Assembly (NCBI GenBank): GCA_963615165.1
Contig: CAVEGL010000001.1
Coordinates: 1-35,249 of the forward strand
Length of the DNA stretch: 35,249 nt
Origin: a bacterium
GTDB lineage: Bacteria > Patescibacteriota > Saccharimonadia > Saccharimonadales > Saccharimonadaceae
Direction of reading: 5' to 3'
The translations under genes were made by a program, and so were the position numbers. The notes below the pieces were generated by a model. It saw nothing but the letters and a program-made list of their open reading frames with translations, did no database searches and was not told the origin of the DNA. Of this stretch, positions 7,501-14,904 are shown piece after piece. Numbering within the stretch: the first letter of the stretch is position 1; the number at the start of each line of letters is the position of its first letter.

Positions 7501-10500
7501 TCTGCGTAGGCTCCAATGCCACCCACACTGTATGTTTAGTATCCCCCAGCAAATTGCCGCCTGTATCCTTGATACCGTCATAGCCCATATCCAGCATAAT
7601 CTTTCGCGCCTTAGTCGGTACTTGCGTAGCCCAGCCGTCAGCCCCACGCTTAATATCCTCTACCCACTCTCTCAGCGGATAATCCTTTGTCCAATGTGCA
7701 CTATCGGCATCGGCAACCTTTCTTTCCTTACTCGCCTGATACTCCAATTCATTCAGCAAATCCTGCGGAAACGGCTTTGACGTATCAAGGGGATTTTTAA
7801 TATCCAGATACACAGGATATACCCCACCTGCACCTCTTGTATAGCTGTCCCAATCAAGCCCCATATCGTCAAGCAATTTCTCGAAAGTCGACTTTCCTTG
7901 ACTGTTGGTGCTGTAATTCCACCCATTATCCGCATAACCCAAACTTTCCATCAGCTTATACACATTTTGCAGATTATACTTACCGCCATTATAGCGCAAA
8001 CCTCGCAGCATCTTATCATACGGCGCATTTTCTCTCACATAATCCTCGAAATTCACGCCCATATCATCTTCCAGCCACTCATCAAACTTTGCCGCCTGCT
8101 CCTCAGTCAAGCGCACCTTGTCAATAGTATCCTTATACTCGCCTTTGGCATTTTTAAAACGATACTCACTGCCGTTTTCATAAGTCTCCATATTCCCCAG
8201 CTTATCTTTGGCATAGCTTGAAGCAATGTCGGGATTTTCCGTAAAATAAAAACCGCCACTTGTCGCTTTTTTTATATCCCATTGACTGCCGAACAAATTC
8301 GTATTGCCATGACCGCTATATACTACCTTGGGCGTACCGTCCTCATTCTTCACCACACTGTCTTTCATGAAATTCTGCAAATTCTCGTCACTGTTCGCCA
8401 GATACTTGCTGCGCTTCTGATAATCCTTTTCCCCTTTTGTGTCAAGCGCATATCTTTCCTCAAATTTTTTCGGTTTACTATTGACATTTTCAGCGAAATT
8501 GGGTATATTATCAATAGAAGCATGTTGACCCTCGATTGAAGTAGCGGTTTTTCCGTCTACAACGTAGGGTGATGCTTCTATTTTTTTATTTGCGTTTAAT
8601 TGTATACTGTAAACATATTCCCCATCCGTTTTTTTGCGCACATTAGCGACTAAATCATATACTCTGCCGTCAAACTGTACTTGTTTAACGAAATAATCCC
8701 AGCCAATCACATCTTCATGAGCTTTAGCGGTTTTTCCTATATCTTTTTTACTGCCATCATATCTTGCATTTTCAACTAATTCAAAAATGTCTCCGCTTGC
8801 GCCTGCATTAATCTTCGCATTATACCCTTGTTTATCGGATAATTTATCACCGTAAATGTTTTTCTTTAAATCGGCATCTTCAAATCTTGCGTAGTATGCC
8901 TCATTACCAATCATAAATTTAGCTGTTCTGCCCCTGTATTCATTGCGCATCAGATCTAAAAACTTCTCTTTGCGCTCTCTATAGGGCAGTTTTTTTATTT
9001 CATCAGGCGTTTCGTAAACCTCGATACCGTTCTCATTCGTACCTAAAAGCTGATACCTTGCATTTCTCTCCACCCCTGCCGGACTATACTCATCCTTATG
9101 CAGCTTCTCCAAACCATTCTCATACAACCGTCTCGCTTTTAAAAGCGCCGCATACTCTCTCGCTTCCTCGGCTTTCATGCTCTTTTTAGCCTTATAAACG
9201 GCGATGATTTCCTTAATCCGTTCGAGGACCTTAGCCGCCAGTGTACGGTCTTCCAAAAGCACCTGATTAATAGTCGCCTCATCAGTCAGCGCTTTCTCGA
9301 TAAACTCCGCGCCTATTTCCGCACGCGCGCCCTCTTCGTCCAATTCTACCCCGCTTTGGCGATATTTTTCGATCTTCTCGGCGATCATTGCCTCAGCGTC
9401 CTTACCTGCAAACGCCAGCTTCACAATCATATCATGCTCTTTCGTTCCCTCCATAGCATGATACAGCTCATGTGCCACAGTCACTTTCACGCCCTCATCC
9501 ATAGGGCGATTTTTATTGATATAGATAACTCCGTCCTTATAGTACGCTTTCTGCACCAGCGGACGATCTACATATTTCACCTGCATACGCGCCCTGACAG
9601 CCGCATCGCGAATAAACTGCTTAACCTTGCGCTCGTCCTCCGACTCCGTTTTCGGCTTCGTGCTGTCCTCACCTCGGAGCATTTCATCGAGTGCCTGCTC
9701 ATACGGAGTTTCTGCCTCATTCTGCGGCATCTTCCACTTACTCACCTGCTCATCGACCATCTGACGAATTTCTTCCTCGGTAAACGCACTTCTGTCAGCG
9801 TCGATCACCTCTTGCAAAGCCTCCGCTTCCTCCGCCTCGGCTTCTGTCAGCTCATGCCCGCGACGCTGGGCAATAGCATATATAGTCGCTTCAAACGCAT
9901 ACGGATCCTCGTTAAGCGGGTCAAACTCACCGTTCTCATACCGTGCTTGCTCCGCCTTATACCCATAATCCACAGCTCCCGCAATTCCCTCTTTCGTGCG
10001 AATATACTCCGCATTCGGCGGGATACGATAACCGTCACTTTCCGTCCCCATGGACAAATTTTGGTCAAACAATACCTCCAGCTTTTTCGCATTGGCGTTA
10101 TTTTCCCTGCCGCTATCCTCGATAATATCATCTAATGCCTTATCTATCTCTTTATAGCTTAAACCTATCTCATCGCGCGCTGTCACGATATCTTGCGAAG
10201 CAATCCTCCCATGACCGCCGACGAAAGCATCCGTATCTTTCAAACCGCTCTCGCCCTGCCCGAAATAGCGGTTAGGCTTCTGTGCCTCGCTCAGTTCCTG
10301 CCGCATACGCTTAGCCTCCGTCACATAGTACGGACGCACCTCGGGATTATCATAGCTAAACGCATTCATCTTGCGCGAGCCGACAGACTTATAATCTCTC
10401 TTATCGATGTGTTCGCTCTTGACAGACTGCTCACTTTCTGTTACAGTAGGATTAGAAGCAGCGGACACATGGGGCGCCTCGGGCGTATGCAGAGGGACAT

Positions 10501-12211
10501 CTTGCGATGTCATTCGGTACGTGTGGGGCTGCTTTGTTTTATACGCTGTTATGATTTGCAGTGCCTTATAACTATTATCCGGCACAGCTTCCACGACATA
10601 ATAACTGCCATTCACCCTTTTGGTGTACTTCAACACAGGTGCAGGATCATTATTCTTATCCATAAATTCGCTTGAATGTTCATTGCTCACAGCCACATCA
10701 TCATAATTATCCAATACGTATTGAATACGGCTTAAATCATCCAAATTAGACATACTTTTATCAGCCTGTCCGTTTTCACCGTGACGATTTAAAATATGAC
10801 TCACTCGTTCGTCTTTAATCTTATGCGTAAATCCGCTAACATCTATTCCTGTTAATTCTTTTATATCTTCCGCTGCTTCGCTTGTCGGCTTCGACATGGC
10901 AAAGTAGCGTTTTTTATTTACTTTATTTTTCACATCTTTTACAAATTGCAGCAGGCTACCATTTACTGATTTTTCATATTCAGCTTTTATTTGCGGCATA
11001 TCACTTTCTGTCGGAGTACGACGCACAACTACCTTTTGTCCCTCGCTATCAACACCTATTTGCCTTTTTAAGCCCTCGTTTTCTCTCGAGGTATTAATAG
11101 TCACTCTCTCGCCTTGCGCCTCCTGTGCGCCCGTCTGCTCACGCTCAGCCGCCTTTTTCTGCGCCCGATAGCCCAAAGCATTACTGCCGCCGCCTAAAAT
11201 ACCGCCCAACGCCGCCCCGATCGCCGCCTGATACGCCGCCTCGCTAAAAGAAGCATTCTCCGCCGCAGGATTATACGTCGCCCTCTGCAAAAACGGATCC
11301 GCAATCGCGCTCACAGCTTCCTCCGCGCCCTCGCCCGCAGCACCTTTCGCCGTGTTCAAAAGCACATTCTTCACCGAGTCATTCGGTGCCATCTTCATAG
11401 CCTTGTCCAGCACCCCACGGCCATAGAAACGGCTCAAACCGCCCGTCGCCTTTTCGATACCGGCCTCGAGCAATCCCGTACCTACACCGTATCTCGCCGC
11501 CTGTTCATGCGTCGCCCCCTCATCTAACGCCTGCCCATAGCCTTGCGCTGCCGCCTGCGCACCAAACGCCGCCAAACCTGCCACAGGATTCACCACACCT
11601 ACACCCAAAGACGGCAGCATATTGCCAAACGCCCCGCCTAAATTTTGCGCAAACTCGCCCACTTTCCCCAGCTCGTAGCGGTCATCCACCGCCTGCAAAG
11701 CTTTTTTCGACTTTATAGAGCGCACCAAACGCTCCGCATCTATAGCACGCTGTTTTTCCTGCTGCTCCGCCTGCGCCTGTGCCAAGCTTTGCTTATCACC
11801 AAGCCCCAGCTTTTTCTTTTGCAGCACACTCGCATACATATCCCGATCTTCCCAGGACATCTTCATCGGCCAGAAAGTCTGTACCTTACCGTACTTTTGG
11901 CGCATCTGCTCCATAAAACTGTCATAATCGACATTCTCACTCACCGCTTTTTCAGCGGTTTTCAAACCCTGCACCTTGCCAGTGCCTAAATCCGTCTTGA
12001 CAAAAGCTTTTGCGTTAGCAGCTGTGCTTTTCACACCCTCCTTAGCACCCACGCCGATACTCGCTAAAGTACCCTTGACGGCGTTATGACTCTTTTCCTC
12101 GCCCTCCTTGCGCGATGTCCAGCGTACGTCTCTGCTCGCGCGCAGCTTATCCTCGCGTGCCTCGCTCTTAGCCAGTGTCGCCAAAGCAATCTGTCTTTGT
12201 TCCTCAGTCAT
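4577..12211 (-). CDS. Giant polyvalent virion/ejection protein (PBECR-like RNase, zincin-like metallopeptidase, LPD3-like RNase fold, ART-PolyVal, helical C-terminus)
   Basis: HILNRHG...YYVVEAVP...IITAY; HELYH; YFVKQVQFDGRVYDLVANVRK...YVYSIQL; GFYFT...VYPVYLDIKNP...GYDGI...PTQIKSATGNRGTFD; RYLAMLGNPRTHIRN. Confidence 0.85.
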   Translation of the reverse strand: MTEEQRQIALATLAKSEAREDKLRASRDVRWTSRKEGEEKSHNAVKGTLASIGVGAKEGVKSTAANAKAFVKTDLGTGKVQGLKTAEKAVSENVDYDSFMEQMRQKYGKVQTFWPMKMSWEDRDMYASVLQKKKLGLGDKQSLAQAQAEQQEKQRAIDAERLVRSIKSKKALQAVDDRYELGKVGEFAQNLGGAFGNMLPSLGVGVVNPVAGLAAFGAQAAAQGYGQALDEGATHEQAARYGVGTGLLEAGIEKATGGLSRFYGRGVLDKAMKMAPNDSVKNVLLNTAKGAAGEGAEEAVSAIADPFLQRATYNPAAENASFSEAAYQAAIGAALGGILGGGSNALGYRAQKKAAEREQTGAQEAQGERVTINTSRENEGLKRQIGVDSEGQKVVVRRTPTESDMPQIKAEYEKSVNGSLLQFVKDVKNKVNKKRYFAMSKPTSEAAEDIKELTGIDVSGFTHKIKDERVSHILNRHGENGQADKSMSNLDDLSRIQYVLDNYDDVAVSNEHSSEFMDKNNDPAPVLKYTKRVNGSYYVVEAVPDNSYKALQIITAYKTKQPHTYRMTSQDVPLHTPEAPHVSAASNPTVTESEQSVKSEHIDKRDYKSVGSRKMNAFSYDNPEVRPYYVTEAKRMRQELSEAQKPNRYFGQGESGLKDTDAFVGGHGRIASQDIVTARDEIGLSYKEIDKALDDIIEDSGRENNANAKKLEVLFDQNLSMGTESDGYRIPPNAEYIRTKEGIAGAVDYGYKAEQARYENGEFDPLNEDPYAFEATIYAIAQRRGHELTEAEAEEAEALQEVIDADRSAFTEEEIRQMVDEQVSKWKMPQNEAETPYEQALDEMLRGEDSTKPKTESEDERKVKQFIRDAAVRARMQVKYVDRPLVQKAYYKDGVIYINKNRPMDEGVKVTVAHELYHAMEGTKEHDMIVKLAFAGKDAEAMIAEKIEKYRQSGVELDEEGARAEIGAEFIEKALTDEATINQVLLEDRTLAAKVLERIKEIIAVYKAKKSMKAEEAREYAALLKARRLYENGLEKLHKDEYSPAGVERNARYQLLGTNENGIEVYETPDEIKKLPYRERKEKFLDLMRNEYRGRTAKFMIGNEAYYARFEDADLKKNIYGDKLSDKQGYNAKINAGASGDIFELVENARYDGSKKDIGKTAKAHEDVIGWDYFVKQVQFDGRVYDLVANVRKKTDGEYVYSIQLNANKKIEASPYVVDGKTATSIEGQHASIDNIPNFAENVNSKPKKFEERYALDTKGEKDYQKRSKYLANSDENLQNFMKDSVVKNEDGTPKVVYSGHGNTNLFGSQWDIKKATSGGFYFTENPDIASSYAKDKLGNMETYENGSEYRFKNAKGEYKDTIDKVRLTEEQAAKFDEWLEDDMGVNFEDYVRENAPYDKMLRGLRYNGGKYNLQNVYKLMESLGYADNGWNYSTNSQGKSTFEKLLDDMGLDWDSYTRGAGGVYPVYLDIKNPLDTSKPFPQDLLNELEYQASKERKVADADSAHWTKDYPLREWVEDIKRGADGWATQVPTKARKIMLDMGYDGIKDTGGNLLGDTKHTVWVALEPTQIKSATGNRGTFDASKKDIRYALGEESQGSGTSGESYEGGINGERYNELIDRYGRIDEGMEPRVDVAVPEQVNEWDKTRRFVRTAMESENVSSEAKDKIADSLASDIASGKFVYEPVSNQKLQEKANANIAKVGYEQSKAEIFAKYKKNERIKAEDVATLEQLIVKASAEGKASDVTEMIGLASMIGTEMGQSVQALSMMKRMSPEGRLRQMVLLRDRLNSKYELTGESQVELNPRYAEMMLDKNNSSGNMETIQSYIIDDMAKQLPVGMKDKFDAWRYLAMLGNPRTHIRNIVGNILNLSLSRINDQLAGVVESAAIKNGTRTKSAGTVSKELREFAAKNWETDGKYLTDLSNKYGERGQAERNRQIFTTKLMQPVETARKWNENAMDAEDTWFKRRQYIYALSHYMKANNIKPAEMERGGVRAEEAKRYAADEAYKVTFQEANALASALNHFENKQTDSKLEKGGQLAVKALMPFKKTPLNILKRGVEYSPAGLLNGLGDMVKLLRKGDVSATQVINEITQGLTGTGIVALGYFLAEAGLLSAGYDEGNKREQNYENQIGGQNYAIVLPGGGTYTLDWAAPAVMPLFVGAALRDEISSREEGENVGLRDIGSALIKVTDPVLEMSCMDSLQSALESYGNEGAISNMITSAATSYVMQFVPTLSGQFARTIDETKRSTYAPSDSKYTKTGESLGRQFMNKVPGLSYRSEAAVDVWGRERKQAGDNIVSRAAFNMLSPGTYSSNKETATDKELKRLYEASGESGVLPKMGSKYISYKADGKKSKTYYLTAKEYTKYQTKYGQDNFQAVSELMRSNVYRSMSDEDKAKAVKEIYTYNAQMANKEFFKGRNISYDAGASTTEKLKDAGGWANYFAIKEAFPDSNYDVAKKRKEKCDKYGIDYTAYAESNAKIAELRSANSERYTKASDKTEANKRAIAQYLASRKDLTNPQRQVIWQEYYSGKTSEQYISVARRYGF
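8481..8509 (+). promoter_or_regulatory. Antisense sigmaA promoter inside the giant CDS (1)
   Basis: TTGACA(8481-8486)-17-TATATT(8504-8509). Confidence 0.75.
8513..8587 (+). ncRNA. Embedded antisense structured RNA 1
   Basis: 11-bp closing stem aatagaagcat/atgcttctatt, inner accct/agggt, gtag/ctac, cgg/ccg, then a T7 run. Confidence 0.7.
10419..10447 (+). promoter_or_regulatory. Antisense sigmaA promoter inside the giant CDS (2)
   Basis: TTGACA(10419-10424)-17-TACAGT(10442-10447) with extended TG. Confidence 0.7.
10454..10540 (+). ncRNA. Embedded antisense structured RNA 2
   Basis: aagcagc/gctgctt closing stem, cacatg/cgtgtg, hairpins gcgcc/ggcgt and gacatc-ttgc-gatgtc, U-rich tail. Confidence 0.7.
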
Positions 12212-12228
12212 TATTCCACCTCCGAAAT

Positions 12229-12264
12229 AAAAAAGATTGCTTACTCTCAGCGAATAAACAATCT
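12229..12264 (-). terminator. Terminator/attenuator just upstream of the giant gene RBS
   Basis: Minus strand agattgtttat...gtaagcaatct followed by a T run. Confidence 0.65.
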
Positions 12265-12283
12265 CCTCATCCTCAATATTTTT

Positions 12284-13702
12284 TTACATCATTCCGACAT
12301 ACAAAGCATACGCCTCATCCACACTTATACCGCTTGCTTTTGCCATATCGCGCACCTTCGTAGCCTCCGAAGCCGATAAATTATAGCTTTTCTCAATACT
12401 CTTTATCTCATTGGCATAATTATTTCGCGCATTGCTCGTTCGCTGTACTGTTTGACTGTCTTGCACCGTAGCCGCCTTAGCCACTTGTTGTACAGGCTGT
12501 TGATAGACAACGCTATCATCTGCATACCCACCATAACTATTTCCGCCCCCGCTCGATGCACTGCTTCTTGTGCTGCCTCCGCTGCTATAGCCGCTGTATG
12601 TCTGCGGCTCTAATGAGCGCAAATAATTCTGATACTGGCTTTGCGTCACCCCATACACCGTCTCAATCGCAGGCGACCAAATACCTAAACTCATTGCCGC
12701 ATCAGCCTTAGTTTTCGCCTGATTATAGTTAAGCTCCTCTTGATTTTGCTCCTGCTGAGCCGCCCACTCACGCTCATACCACTGATTCTCTAATTGCTGC
12801 TGCGCCAACCGGTCAGCATACTGCTGCGCCGCTAGGCGATTTTGATAGTCCTGCTGATACATATCCGCCAGCGTTCCCGCACCGCTTAAAGCCGTATCCG
12901 CATACGTCCCCGCCAAATCATTCAAATACTGCTGATAGTTATTGCTGATCGTATTCAAATTATTGCCGTAGTCCGCTGTGAGGGCAATATTTCCTTGCTC
13001 ACTATAGCCACTATCCTGCAAACCGCTCGCCGCATTCTGCTCATTCAAAGCTTTCTGCCCCAGCTTCATCGCCACATACGCCTGGCGCTTCTCCCGATCC
13101 GCATTCTCCGCAGCTAATCTCTTTTGCTCATCAATCCGATTTAGCTGTTCCTCTAAAGCCTTTGCGTAACTGTCCATATAACTCGAATATCCTAAATTCC
13201 CGCTTGAACTGTTTCCGTTTCCGACATAGTTTGTCCCGCCGTTTAAATTCTGCCCGTTATAAATATTCATATCCCCGCGGCCGATATTATTAAGCGTGCT
13301 TTTGAGCTTATTATACTCATCGCCGCCCACCAGATACTGCTGACTGCCCACCGTCATCCAGTCGCTCCCGGCGTCGTTCGCCTGATAGCCCAAGCGATTT
13401 AACTCCTTTTGGATATCTGCCGCCGACAATACATAATCCCCATTCGCGCTCTTGGTCCCGATTCGCCCCATCAGCTTCTCCACATATTCATCAGCCGCTC
13501 CTGCCTTTGTCGGATCTCCTCCCGCTTGCTTAATAGCATAACTCATCCCCGGCGTCACCTTATCCGCCGTATAATTATTCTTAAACGTCAACCCTCCCGA
13601 CGTCGTATATGTCCCGTTTCCGTTATCCTTAGTCGCACTCCCCGGAGTATAGCTCCACGACTGTTTATACTCATCTTTCGGCGTATTTATTTTATATGCC
13701 AT
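12284..13702 (-). CDS. Putative internal virion/ejection protein
   Basis: Q/A/N-rich coiled-coil with GLxxSGYSE motif and S/G-rich linker; directly before the giant protein. Confidence 0.7.
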   Translation of the reverse strand: MAYKINTPKDEYKQSWSYTPGSATKDNGNGTYTTSGGLTFKNNYTADKVTPGMSYAIKQAGGDPTKAGAADEYVEKLMGRIGTKSANGDYVLSAADIQKELNRLGYQANDAGSDWMTVGSQQYLVGGDEYNKLKSTLNNIGRGDMNIYNGQNLNGGTNYVGNGNSSSGNLGYSSYMDSYAKALEEQLNRIDEQKRLAAENADREKRQAYVAMKLGQKALNEQNAASGLQDSGYSEQGNIALTADYGNNLNTISNNYQQYLNDLAGTYADTALSGAGTLADMYQQDYQNRLAAQQYADRLAQQQLENQWYEREWAAQQEQNQEELNYNQAKTKADAAMSLGIWSPAIETVYGVTQSQYQNYLRSLEPQTYSGYSSGGSTRSSASSGGGNSYGGYADDSVVYQQPVQQVAKAATVQDSQTVQRTSNARNNYANEIKSIEKSYNLSASEATKVRDMAKASGISVDEAYALYVGMM

Positions 13703-13727
13703 CCGTATCCCCTCCTAAAAACCATAC

Positions 13728-13753
13728 AAAAAAGAGACGCTCTCACGTCTCTC
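13728..13753 (-). terminator. Terminator of the TA operon
   Basis: gagacg-tgagag-cgtctc followed by T6 on minus strand. Confidence 0.75.
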
Positions 13754-13850
13754 ATTTATCACGATAATGTGACCCGCACTGCACTATTTTAATAACATCA
13801 CCGTCAATCCTATATACTATCCTATTGCAGTCGTCAATCCTCCTGCTCCA
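13752..13850 (-). pseudogene. yoeB: C-terminal remnant of a Txe/YoeB toxin
   Basis: WSRRIDDCNRIVYRIDGDVIKIVQCGSHYRDK*; no start codon or N-terminus. Confidence 0.85.
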
Positions 13851-14034
13851 TATTCGCCTCCGAATAAAACGGATCCGCCGATACTTCAAAAGGTATTCTT
13901 TTCTCCCTGCACACCTTCGTCGCAAAAATCGTAAACGCCGTCGTCATCGACATCCCCATTTCCCTGCAGGTCTTCTCCATATTCTTTTTCAATTCTTCAT
14001 CCATCCGAAAATTAACCATAGCCTGAGCCATCAT
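13834..14034 (-). CDS. relB: RelB/DinJ antitoxin, C-terminally truncated
   Basis: VNFRMDEELKK...GMSMTTAFTIF...RIPFEVSADPFYSEANM; promoter TTGACA(14083-14078)-17-TATACT(14060-14055). Confidence 0.88.
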   Translation of the reverse strand: MMAQAMVNFRMDEELKKNMEKTCREMGMSMTTAFTIFATKVCREKRIPFEVSADPFYSEANMEQED

Positions 14035-14092
14035 TCATCACTCCTTTTTGCTATAGTATATACAATCGTAAAGCATTTGTCAATATATTGCT

Positions 14093-14203
14093 TTATATAT
14101 TTTCTATCTCATCCCTCAAACTCTCAGGCACCTTATCCATACTTATCTTGCCTTTCTCTAATAATGACCGATACGCCATAATTAACCGCTCCCTCGCACT
14201 CAT
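14093..14203 (-). CDS. 36-aa CD1375-like small protein
   Basis: MSARERLIMAYRSLLEKGKISMDKVPESLRDEIENI; ATGA coupled to the upstream gene; typical position after fibre genes. Confidence 0.7.
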   Translation of the reverse strand: MSARERLIMAYRSLLEKGKISMDKVPESLRDEIENI

Positions 14204-14442
14204 ACTCCCACCTCCGCCATATCTAATAACGCCTGCTCATACCCCGCCTGATAAGCCGCGCTTTGCTCAATATTTTTTTCCGAATCATCGTCGGCATCAA
14301 AAGCTTGCAAAAGTCTCTCGTACTCACTCTCGCTAATCTCAGCCAGATTCATCCCAAGATTGGCCTTTTCATGCACACACCGCTCAATATACTCCACCTC
14401 ATTAGCCTCATTCACCTTTTTATAATAATACATCACCATCAC
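14200..14442 (-). CDS. Hypothetical acidic protein (tail-fibre associated)
   Basis: ORF in the late operon with RBS. Confidence 0.7.
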   Translation of the reverse strand: MMVMYYYKKVNEANEVEYIERCVHEKANLGMNLAEISESEYERLLQAFDADDDSEKNIEQSAAYQAGYEQALLDMAEVGV

Positions 14443-14448
14443 TCCCCA

Positions 14449-14892
14449 TCAATAATACGCTATCTCATAGCTAACCACAACTGTAGTATAGCTCCCGCTT
14501 TTTGTATTCGTGTTAACTCCATAAATATCCAGCTTCTTCTTATCACTGTTGCGTTTAACATATAATTTTACATAAATGCTCTGGTCTGTATACTGTATCA
14601 TATCATTATCCGCGTCAAAACTGTTCCGCTTTACATCCGCCGCGTCAGACTCACTGTCAATTAATCCGTTTAAATAATAATTATTGGCAAAATCAAAGAA
14701 AAAGCAGCTGCATCTGGAATCTAATTGAATTCTAAGCGTAGCTATTTCTCCATCTGCCTCTATCGATGTTAAATATTTCGGCGTTGTCGTTTGCGAATAT
14801 AATTTCACTGATGTTGTCGTTCCTGTTTTCCAGCCCTTATAGGTCTTATTTCCTCCCGAGCCTCCTTGCCCATGTAAAAATGCTTCGCCCAT
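14449..14892 (-). CDS. Putative fibre/receptor-binding subunit
   Basis: MGEAFLHGQGGSGG N-terminus typical of fibre modules; lower GC than neighbours. Confidence 0.6.
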   Translation of the reverse strand: MGEAFLHGQGGSGGNKTYKGWKTGTTTSVKLYSQTTTPKYLTSIEADGEIATLRIQLDSRCSCFFFDFANNYYLNGLIDSESDAADVKRNSFDADNDMIQYTDQSIYVKLYVKRNSDKKKLDIYGVNTNTKSGSYTTVVVSYEIAYY

Positions 14893-14904
14893 ATTCTCAT
14901 CTCC

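Noticed and set aside
9356..10675. Long plus-strand ORFs opposite the giant gene (and similar shadow ORFs elsewhere)
   Set aside because: No RBS or recognisable motifs; L/R/I/H-rich antisense shadows of codon bias.
4577..12211. Tape measure protein, virion RNA polymerase or intein
   Set aside because: No TMP repeats or tail tube genes, no DxDGD motif and no intein splice motifs seen.
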